A stretch of 4,895 nucleotides of DNA, taken from positions 1 through 4,895 of the IMG/VR virus record IMGVR_UViG_2778261165_000004. The stretch is one strand, 5' to 3'. Made by a program: the position numbers and the translations under genes. Source of the DNA: a virus (Duplodnaviria > Heunggongvirae > Uroviricota > Caudoviricetes). Positions 1 to 4,895 of this stretch are shown one piece after another (position 1 is the first letter of the stretch; each line of letters opens with the position of its first letter). Under the pieces are notes generated by a model that saw only the letters and a program-made list of their open reading frames with translations, searched no databases and had not been told where the DNA came from.

Positions 1-201
1 ATCAGCAAGCTCCTTTGTGTATCTGGCGTCAAGTTCTGCTACATCACGTTGCCGCTTCTGCATATCAGCGATGATGGATGTGGCTTTATCGCGCTGCTCT
101 TTGTAGGCGATGGCGTTATCACGGTAATGATTAACAGCCCATGACAGGCAGGCGATAATGCAGATAACCAGAGCGGAGATAATCGCGGTTACTCTGCTCA
201 T
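1..201 (-). CDS. Rz: Rz spanin (inner-membrane subunit), N-terminal 67 codons; C-terminus and embedded Rz1 lie beyond the window start
   Basis: ATG at 201..199 overlaps the R stop (TGA 200..198) as ATGA, as in lambda. Frame is open to position 1. Translation [39 protein letters not shown]... closely matches my recollection of lambda Rz, including the N-terminal TM segment. Not in the ORF track because it is truncated by the window edge. Confidence 0.85.
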   Translation of the reverse strand, partial: MSRVTAIISALVICIIACLSWAVNHYRDNAIAYKEQRDKATSIIADMQKRQRDVAELDARYTKELAD

Positions 202-674
202 ACCTCAATCTCTCTGACTGTTCCGCCAGCTTCTTTGAATTTTGCAATCAGGCTGTCAGCCTTATGCTCGAACTGGCCATAACCAGCCCCGGGCAACGAA
301 GCCCAGATATTGCTGCAACGGTCGATTGCCTGACGGATATCACCGCGATCAATCATCGGCAAAGCGCCACGCTCTTTAATCTGTTGCAATGCCACAGCGT
401 CCTGGCTTTTCGGAGAGAAGTCTTTCAGGCCAAGCTGCTTACGGTATGCATCCCACCAACGTGAAAGAAGCTGGTAACGTCCGGCGGCTGTTGATTTGAG
501 TTTTGGGTTTAGCGTGACAAGTTTGCGAGGGTGATCGGAGTAATCAGTGAATAGCTCTCCTCCTACAATGACGTCATAACCATGATTTCTGGTTTTCTGC
601 CGTCCGTTATCAGTTCCCTCTGACCATGCCAGCATATCGAGGAACGCCTTACGTTGATTATTGATTTCCACCAT
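198..674 (-). CDS. R: Endolysin R (lambda-type lytic transglycosylase), 158 aa
   Basis: ORF-track protein [39 protein letters not shown]... is near-identical to lambda R as I recall it, including the catalytic Glu in the WSEGT motif. Its start lies 17 nt inside the 3' end of S, the same overlap as in lambda. Confidence 0.95.
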   Translation of the reverse strand: MVEINNQRKAFLDMLAWSEGTDNGRQKTRNHGYDVIVGGELFTDYSDHPRKLVTLNPKLKSTAAGRYQLLSRWWDAYRKQLGLKDFSPKSQDAVALQQIKERGALPMIDRGDIRQAIDRCSNIWASLPGAGYGQFEHKADSLIAKFKEAGGTVREIEV

Positions 675-981
675 CTTCTACTCCGGCTTTTTTAGCAGCG
701 AAGCGTTTGATAAGCGAACCAATCGAGTCAGTACCGATGTAGCCGATGAACACGCTCGTTATATAAGCGAGATTGCTACTTAGTCCGGCGAGGTCGAGAA
801 GGTCACGAATGAACCAGGCGATAATGGCGCACATCGTTGCGTCGATTACTGTTTTTGTAAACGCACCGCCATTATATCTGCCGCGAAGGTACGCCATTGC
901 AAACGCAAGGATTGCCCCGATGCCTTGTTCCTTTGCCGCGAGAATGGCGGCTAACAGGTCATTTTTTTCTGGCATCTTCAT
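658..981 (-). CDS. S: Class I holin/antiholin S (S107/S105 dual-start), 107 aa
   Basis: Protein [39 protein letters not shown]... is near-identical to lambda S as recalled. The Met1-Lys2-Met3 dual-start motif is present (ATG 981..979, AAG, ATG 975..973). Confidence 0.95.
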   Translation of the reverse strand: MKMPEKNDLLAAILAAKEQGIGAILAFAMAYLRGRYNGGAFTKTVIDATMCAIIAWFIRDLLDLAGLSSNLAYITSVFIGYIGTDSIGSLIKRFAAKKAGVEDGGNQ

Positions 982-987
982 GTCTTA

Positions 988-1001
988 CCCCCAATAAGGG
1001 G
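988..1001 (-). promoter_or_regulatory. sdi-like RNA stem-loop just upstream of the S start codons (mRNA CCCC-UUAUU-GGGGG)
   Basis: Minus-strand sequence AAAUCCCCUUAUUGGGGGUAAGACAUGAAGAUG: a 4-5 bp G/C stem with a 5-nt loop abuts the Shine-Dalgarno region of the dual starts. This corresponds to the structure-directed-initiation element described for lambda S. Confidence 0.5.
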
Positions 1002-1100
1002 ATTTGCTCTATTTAATTAGGAATATGGTCGGTTACTGATAGAACAAATCCAGGCTACTGTGTTTAGTAATCAGATTTGTTCGTGACCGATATGCACGGG

Positions 1101-1137
1101 CAAAACGGCAGGGGGTTGTTAGCGCAACCTCCTGCCA
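1101..1137. promoter_or_regulatory. 9-bp-stem dyad symmetry element followed by GTTTTG on the minus strand; function unknown (RNA structure or weak terminator)
   Basis: Plus strand 1107-1136 reads GGCAGGGGGTTGTTAGCGCAACCTCCTGCC. As minus-strand RNA this gives GGCAGGAGG...CCCCCUGCC with one A-C mismatch, followed by GUUUUG. As plus-strand RNA the stem is complete with one G-U pair. The equivalent element in lambda, as I recall it, is a perfect dyad. Confidence 0.3.
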
Positions 1138-1223
1138 CCCGCTTTCACGAAGATCATGTGTAGAAAGCCGCAGCATAACTATCACTGATGAATTCAGGAT
1201 AGCCAGTGGCTACGGCCCAGTTT

Positions 1224-1300
1224 GGGTTGTGGCGGCCGGAATCGAACCGGCTTCCATCGGTGCGCTGCCGATTGCAGTACGCGCGGCGGTCAGCTACATG
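1224..1300 (-). pseudogene. tRNA-derived relic: intact T-arm and an anticodon-arm-like hairpin, but no acceptor 5' strand or D-arm
   Basis: Minus strand contains GCCGG-TTCGATT-CCGGC (plus 1235-1251), a canonical T-stem/T-loop (GGTTCGATTCC), followed by CGCCACA-A-CCC. Upstream, ATCGG-CAGCGCA-CCGAT (plus 1256-1272) forms a 5-bp stem with a 7-nt loop, but the loop lacks U33 and a purine at 37. No 7-nt partner for the acceptor 3' strand exists upstream. Confidence 0.4.
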
Positions 1301-1430
1301 ACTAGTATTTTCACTGTCGCCTATCTGCTAGCTCGCCATTGAGCTTCACCACAACGATAAGAGCACTGCGCGGCACCTTTCACCAATTCCGCGAGGTCTG
1401 CGGGTTCAATGCTCTTACCTGTTGTGCAAA

Positions 1431-1473
1431 CAAAAAAAGCCACCGCTGCAACTTAAGAGTCACTAACGGCAGC
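1431..1473 (-). terminator. Candidate intrinsic terminator (tR'-equivalent) ending the short late leader transcript
   Basis: Minus strand GCUGCCG...(loop containing CUUAAG)...CGGUGGC followed by UUUUUUU (T-run at 1438..1432). The stem is 7 bp including two G-U pairs, and the loop is long, so this is not a textbook hairpin. The T-run aligns with the tR' T-run of lambda as I recall it, and lambda-like sequence continues from here to S. Confidence 0.5.
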
Positions 1474-1483
1474 TTATGCGAAT

Positions 1484-1512
1484 AGTGTTGCTCATTTGCT
1501 CAATGATGTCAA
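1484..1512 (-). promoter_or_regulatory. Candidate late promoter pR' (-35 TTGACA); -10 element uncertain
   Basis: Perfect -35 hexamer TTGACA at minus 1512..1507, 5 nt downstream of the Q stop. The 17-nt spacer TCATTGAGCAAATGAGC resembles the lambda pR' spacer as recalled. Candidate -10 hexamers (AACACT, CACTAT) are weak, so the exact -10 and start site are not resolved. Confidence 0.4.
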
Positions 1513-1518
1513 CACGTT

Positions 1519-2007
1519 CTATGCTATATGTTTAATTTTCTCTACACGTTTCCGGTTTTTAAACGCACTATCCAGAGCCGGATAAATCATAAACAACGAG
1601 GCATTGAGGATTTCGTCAACTTCCCGGCGACAGGTTGCGAGCGATGGTTTTTGAATGCGCCCGCCGCCCCGGCATAACATCTTGCGAGGTCTTGCGACAC
1701 GATGATAGTAAGATGCAATGGCGTGCTTGGAAGATCCGTGAGCGTAGTAGCTGAGGAGGATGCCAAAGGCTTTCTTGTCAATGTACATGACGGAATCGAC
1801 GACCTGAGAAATCAACATTCCATCATCATCATTGCACATTGGCCTTGTCATAACTCTTCCCGGCTCTACGCTCTCCATGAACTTCGCTATTACGCTGCTC
1901 ATGCGCTTTTCCAGACGACCTGAATAAACCCATGCGCCCCACAGTTCAAGCCAGCCATTCAGCCAATCGTGCTGTTCTTTGGTGAGGTTTAGTTCTCTTA
2001 TGCTCAT
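1519..2007 (-). CDS. Q: Late-gene antiterminator Q, phage-82/QuuD-type family (not lambda-type Q), 162 aa
   Basis: Protein contains WLELWGAW, RPMCNDDDGMLIS and LLSYY motifs that match the QuuD/Q82-type antiterminator family as I recall it (the Pfam Phage_antitermQ assignment is from memory). No resemblance to the 207-aa lambda Q. Position immediately upstream of the pR'-like promoter and S is syntenic with Q. Confidence 0.85.
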   Translation of the reverse strand: MSIRELNLTKEQHDWLNGWLELWGAWVYSGRLEKRMSSVIAKFMESVEPGRVMTRPMCNDDDGMLISQVVDSVMYIDKKAFGILLSYYAHGSSKHAIASYYHRVARPRKMLCRGGGRIQKPSLATCRREVDEILNASLFMIYPALDSAFKNRKRVEKIKHIA

Positions 2008-2192
2008 CGCCTTCCCTTTTTTCCTGGCGTTACCATCAGGACGCCGTTAACTATTACGTGACGCTCACCTTTGCTGTCTCGGTTGTACTTGAGCACTGTT
2101 CCTCTTGCGCAGGAAAGCATCCTCGCCACTTCGGTCTGATTGCCTCGTGTCTGGATAAGAAGCTCTGGTATCGTTTGAATTGTGGCGTTCAT
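2004..2192 (-). CDS. ninH: NinH (small Fis-like DNA-binding protein), 62 aa
   Basis: Protein MNATIQTIPELLIQTRGNQTEVARMLSCARGTVLKYNRDSKGERHVIVNGVLMV aligns with lambda NinH as recalled (shared ...KTIPDML...GNQTEVARRL.CSRGTV.KY...H.IVN.VLMV). Overlaps the rusA stop and the Q start by 4 nt each. Confidence 0.85.
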   Translation of the reverse strand: MNATIQTIPELLIQTRGNQTEVARMLSCARGTVLKYNRDSKGERHVIVNGVLMVTPGKKGRR

Positions 2193-2551
2193 ACGTTCTC
2201 CAGTTCGGTGATTTTTATTCCAAGCCTTCCGCCTGGTACTTTCACACCACGAATTACGCGAATGTCATCGAATTGCTCGTCGTCTTCCGCAAATCCGGCG
2301 TGGATAAGGGAGTCGAGTAAACCTTTCAGGATGTTATCGAGGTCGCGGCGGCGGGAGTCTGGAACGTCTGCGATGACTTTGATGCGGAGTCGTGATTTGG
2401 TGAAAATATCTAACTTGAGTTGGCGGATGATTTGCTGGACGTCTTTTCGGTATTTCTGGCCTTTATCGCTGATGTAGTATTGGCCTCCCCGTCTTCGCCA
2501 GTAGGTGTTCACCGACGGCGGGTATGGAAGCACAAACTGATATTCGTTCAT
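2189..2551 (-). CDS. rusA: RusA Holliday-junction resolvase (crossover junction endodeoxyribonuclease), 120 aa
   Basis: Protein shows the RusA hallmarks LPYPPSVNTYWRRR, RRRDLDNILKG, FAEDDEQ and GGRLGIKITE, matching E. coli RusA as recalled. It occupies the position of lambda ninG (rap). Confidence 0.9.
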   Translation of the reverse strand: MNEYQFVLPYPPSVNTYWRRRGGQYYISDKGQKYRKDVQQIIRQLKLDIFTKSRLRIKVIADVPDSRRRDLDNILKGLLDSLIHAGFAEDDEQFDDIRVIRGVKVPGGRLGIKITELENV

Positions 2552-2838
2552 GGCTTAATCTTCCCCTCCTTCAGCAGTATCGCCTGCGTCCTGATCACGC
2601 CTTCCAGGTGGTAAAGTCTGGCGTCTTTGTTGTCGAGGTTATGGGTGCGTCGGTCGATTTCATCGTGACACGCGCTACAAGCCCATGCGCCGATCAGGTC
2701 GTCAGGTTTCATTCCCGTTCCGCAAATTCCAGCCATCCGGTAATGTGCCAGAACTGTAGTTTCAGGATTGCCATTGCATACGCCGTAAATACGTACCTGA
2801 CATTCTCTGCCGCGTGCTTCTTTGCGTAGATTGGCCAT
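2548..2838 (-). CDS. ybcO: YbcO-like DUF1364 protein (Cys-rich, putative metal-dependent nuclease), 96 aa
   Basis: Protein MANLRKEARGRECQVRIYGVCNGNPETTVLAHYR...ACSACHDEIDRRTH is very similar to the DLP12 prophage YbcO protein as recalled, including the conserved cysteines and the CHDEID motif. The ybcO-rusA adjacency is the same as in DLP12. Confidence 0.85.
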   Translation of the reverse strand: MANLRKEARGRECQVRIYGVCNGNPETTVLAHYRMAGICGTGMKPDDLIGAWACSACHDEIDRRTHNLDNKDARLYHLEGVIRTQAILLKEGKIKP

Positions 2839-3560
2839 TAAGCAGCCTCCCCTGTTACTTTCAGCATTCCGTTATCGAGCAGCTTTCTGGTCAGCCACTG
2901 TTGACCACGCCCGGTGATTTTTGTGGTGAACGATATCTGTATTCCGTGATTTGTGTTGACCGCTGTTTCTTTCACTGTGAAATAGCCGCGATCCATATAT
3001 TCCTGCATTGGCACATTGCGCCGGGAACCTGAAGCAATAAGGATTTTGTGATCGCGCATCCACGCAAACAGTTTGTTTGGACCAATTCCAACAACCTTTG
3101 CAAAGTTTCCAATCAAAATTCCGCTGGCCTCGCCAACGCGTTCGGCAAACTCAACTTTAGGTGCGGCAATTGCGAGCTGGTTTTCCAGTTGCATTTTCTG
3201 CTCAGCAAGATCAGCAGCAAGGCGCAACGCTTCCGGTAACGTTTTGGGGATATTAACCGCAGTTTCTTCAAGCTCTCGCCAACGGTCAACAAGACGAGCG
3301 GTGAATTCCGGCGACAACTGGGCAACAACGACAATACTGTCTCGCTTACCTTGTTCGCCCTCGAAGACGTAATGCTCGTACTGAACACTGAACCCTAAGT
3401 TATTGATTCTTTCGGAAACCTCAATTTGAGGAAGCCGGATAACACCATTTTTAGCCAGCGTTTCGATGGTACGTTTCACATTGTCATGACGCTTACCCAC
3501 CAACTCAGCGATTTCAATGCTTGTCATTTTGATGGCATTGCCATTTATTAACTCATTCAT
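2838..3560 (-). CDS. roi: Roi-like phage regulatory protein: N-terminal Rha domain plus C-terminal KilAC/ANT antirepressor domain, 240 aa
   Basis: N-terminus IEIAELVGKRHDNVKRTIETL matches the Rha-family signature (GKRHDNV). C-terminus ILIGNFAKVVGIGPNKLFAWMRDHKIL matches the KilAC/ANT antirepressor domain. A gene of this size and type in the nin region corresponds to roi of HK022 and Stx phages; the symbol is given by synteny and domain composition only. Confidence 0.75.
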   Translation of the reverse strand: MNELINGNAIKMTSIEIAELVGKRHDNVKRTIETLAKNGVIRLPQIEVSERINNLGFSVQYEHYVFEGEQGKRDSIVVVAQLSPEFTARLVDRWRELEETAVNIPKTLPEALRLAADLAEQKMQLENQLAIAAPKVEFAERVGEASGILIGNFAKVVGIGPNKLFAWMRDHKILIASGSRRNVPMQEYMDRGYFTVKETAVNTNHGIQISFTTKITGRGQQWLTRKLLDNGMLKVTGEAA

Positions 3561-3723
3561 CGTCTTCTTCCTCGTACATTGAGCTATTCGGATCGCCCAT
3601 CAGTTCTGCGCAGCAGTGCTCACACACGTGAACTTCCAGCACATGCAGCTTCTGACCGCAGTTAGCGCACGTTAAAGCCCGCTCGACGCTTTCTTGTTCG
3701 TAACTTCGATTTGGGTCAATCAC
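3553..3723 (-). CDS. ninF: NinF (small zinc-ribbon-like protein, CxxC...CxxC), 56 aa, GTG start
   Basis: From the in-frame GTG at 3723..3721 the product (M/V)[55 protein letters not shown] matches lambda NinF nearly residue for residue as recalled. The GTG overlaps the ninE stop as GTGA and is preceded by GAGGAA. The ORF-track start at ATG 3765 would add 14 residues absent from lambda NinF and overlap ninE by 46 nt. Confidence 0.8.
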   Translation of the reverse strand: MIDPNRSYEQESVERALTCANCGQKLHVLEVHVCEHCCAELMGDPNSSMYEEEDDE

Positions 3724-3902
3724 CTTGTATTCCTCGCACGATTTCTTAGCCACCGGATATCCCACAGGTGAGCCGTGTAGTTGAAGGTTTTTACGTCAGA
3801 TTCTTTTGGGATTGACTTGCGTTTATTTCTGGAGCGTTTCGTTGGAAGGTATTTGCAGTTTTCGCAGATGATGTCGGTGATACTTCGTCGCTGTCGTCTC
3901 AT
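3720..3902 (-). CDS. ninE: NinE, 60 aa
   Basis: Protein [52 protein letters not shown] is near-identical to lambda NinE as recalled. Its start overlaps the ninC stop as ATGA. Confidence 0.9.
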   Translation of the reverse strand: MRRQRRSITDIICENCKYLPTKRSRNKRKSIPKESDVKTFNYTAHLWDIRWLRNRARNTR

Positions 3903-4744
3903 GCCGCATCCTCAAAATTAAATCCAAGCTGACATGAAAATGCTTCACATGATTCAGAACACGAACCTGAATCATACTGTCGCATTGATGTCATTCTTGA
4001 GGCTAACTCATCTCTTGATATATCACTAAACAAGGCAATCAGTGATTTAAGTGTATTATTCCCTCGATACATAACCGGTTCCTTTCCTGTTTTTATTTCT
4101 GTATCAAGGATGTTGATAAATGCATCTGCAAGTTCTGGCTCATCCATGGCTGCCAGCGCAACCTTTTGCATACTTTTTTTTATACAGAAAACACAATTAC
4201 CAAGATGCTCCTGTATGCCAAGATCAAACTTCTGCCCACTCCACCAATCAAGCACATCCTGTTTTTCAAAATCGCTTATATCAGCCAGGTACCGAAAACC
4301 ATTAGCCCTTTTAAGCCTGTTTGGTTCATCTGTGCGAATGCCAAGCCATGTGATGTAATTTCCTTTCCCAAACTTTTCCTGACAATATTTGGTGAATGGA
4401 ACAGACTTCATTCTGTCGGTACAGAACGCACCGCCGATATATGGATGTCCGTATTTATTCAACATCCTTTTCCACGGTATAAGATCTGGACCAATATCAG
4501 TGACACCTATCTCTTCATAACTACTGGCCTTCCCCATTTCTGGATTAGGTATTACACGAAGGCAATGTAAGTCTATTTTCCAGTTACTGACGATATTTCG
4601 GATGAACTCATATGTTTTAGGGTGCTCTGCCCCTGTATCCATGAAAACGTAATGCACGTCTTCACCAGCCTGTCGCTTTTGCTCCATTAGCCAGAGCAAA
4701 TATGCTGACGTCCTGCCACCTGAGAAACTAACGACATTAATCAT
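3899..4744 (-). CDS. ninC: NinC: PAPS-reductase-like PP-loop protein (SGGRTS motif) with C-terminal Cys cluster, 281 aa from the ATG at 4744
   Basis: Protein from [24 protein letters not shown]... matches the lambda NinC N-terminus as recalled. It carries the PP-loop motif SGGxxS and a C-terminal [10 protein letters not shown] cluster. ATG 4744..4742 is preceded by AGGAGG with a 5-nt spacer. The ORF-track start at 4834 is a TTG with no evident RBS and would add 30 residues. Confidence 0.85.
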   Translation of the reverse strand: MINVVSFSGGRTSAYLLWLMEQKRQAGEDVHYVFMDTGAEHPKTYEFIRNIVSNWKIDLHCLRVIPNPEMGKASSYEEIGVTDIGPDLIPWKRMLNKYGHPYIGGAFCTDRMKSVPFTKYCQEKFGKGNYITWLGIRTDEPNRLKRANGFRYLADISDFEKQDVLDWWSGQKFDLGIQEHLGNCVFCIKKSMQKVALAAMDEPELADAFINILDTEIKTGKEPVMYRGNNTLKSLIALFSDISRDELASRMTSMRQYDSGSCSESCEAFSCQLGFNFEDAA

Positions 4745-4895
4745 GCTGCCCTCCTGGCGCCCTGCCCAATCGCCATCAATGCCGCTTTGGATACGGTAGT
4801 AAACATCCGTCGAGGACTGATGAACGGTCGCCAAATCAGCAGCATTGAGCCTTTACTGTTTCCCTTCTTCTCCAGCCCTGTCGATGGTTCGATAA
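4741..4895 (-). CDS. 3' end of an upstream ORF running in from beyond the window; possibly a divergent NinB-like C-terminus, product unassigned
   Basis: The frame ending at TGA 4743..4741 is open for 51 codons to the window edge (…[50 protein letters not shown]). Its stop overlaps the ninC ATG as ATGA, the same arrangement as ninB-ninC in lambda. Similarity to lambda NinB is weak (shared terminal RAA only), so identity is uncertain. Confidence 0.35.
   Translation of the reverse strand, partial: IEPSTGLEKKGNSKGSMLLIWRPFISPRRMFTTVSKAALMAIGQGARRAA

Noticed and set aside
1224-1300. An intact, functional tRNA gene (for example argN/argO-like) on the minus strand
   Set aside because: The T-arm and an anticodon-arm-like hairpin are present, but there is no sequence able to pair with the acceptor 3' strand (CGCCACA) and no acceptable D-arm. 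The anticodon loop lacks U33 and a purine at 37, and the 3' end is CCC rather than CCA. It is better described as a relic.
982-1518. Cargo gene (stx-like toxin, defence system or other moron) in the Q-S spacer
   Set aside because: There is no ORF of meaningful length on either strand here. The spacer is only about 540 bp and is accounted for by promoter, terminator, tRNA relic and lambda-like non-coding sequence.
1587-3388. Minus-strand nested ORFs 1587-1781, 2872-3063 and 3113-3388
   Set aside because: They are alternate-frame ORFs wholly inside Q or the roi-like gene, and their products have no recognisable features.
3553-3765. The 70-aa version of NinF starting at ATG 3765
   Set aside because: It overlaps ninE by 46 nt and adds 14 residues not present in lambda NinF. 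The in-frame GTG at 3723 reproduces the lambda ninE/ninF 4-nt overlap and the expected 56-aa product.
264-4570. Plus-strand ORFs from the six-frame track (264-464, 773-997, 1702-1923, 2058-2477, 2420-2614, 2524-2829, 2814-3032, 3048-3239, 3073-3372, 4110-4358, 4120-4305, 4166-4570)
   Set aside because: All lie antisense to minus-strand genes that have strong, recognisable homology. Their translations are low-complexity or lack recognisable motifs, and none has a convincing RBS. They are most likely frame artefacts.
3899-4834. The 311-aa version of NinC starting at 4834
   Set aside because: The codon at 4834 is TTG with no evident RBS. The homology-supported ATG at 4744 has a near-perfect AGGAGG RBS and matches the lambda NinC N-terminus as recalled. 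The extension would also prevent the ATGA coupling with the upstream ORF.
1-4895. CRISPR array, IS or transposon ends, integrase or attachment site
   Set aside because: No direct-repeat/spacer periodicity, no terminal inverted repeats flanking a transposase-like ORF and no integrase-like ORF were seen. The window lies inside a prophage rather than at its boundary.
1-4895. The window being phage lambda itself
   Set aside because: S, R, Rz, ninC, ninE, ninF and ninH are lambda-like, but Q is of a different family, ninG is replaced by ybcO-rusA, a roi-like gene is present, ninD appears absent and the late leader is much shorter. It is a mosaic lambdoid relative.

Overview
The window is a contiguous minus-strand block from a lambdoid (lambda-like) prophage or phage. 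Reading in the direction of transcription (high to low coordinates) it contains the distal nin region, the late antiterminator Q, a short non-coding late-control spacer, and the lysis cassette. Gene order is: partial upstream ORF, ninC (PAPS-reductase-like), ninE, ninF, roi-like Rha/KilAC antirepressor, ybcO-like DUF1364 protein, rusA, ninH, Q (QuuD/phage-82-type family, not lambda Q), candidate pR' promoter and tR'-like terminator, a tRNA-derived relic, then S holin, R endolysin and the first 67 codons of Rz. Nearly all genes are joined by 1-17 nt overlaps, suggesting translational coupling. I see no CRISPR array, IS element, toxin cargo or obviously novel multi-gene system. The most interesting features are the mosaic late-control junction (non-lambda Q next to a lambda-like promoter/terminator/S spacer), the tRNA relic in the Q-S moron hotspot, and three poorly understood nin-region proteins (NinC, Roi-like, YbcO-like). 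All homology statements rest on my recollection of lambda and E. coli prophage sequences, not on a database search.
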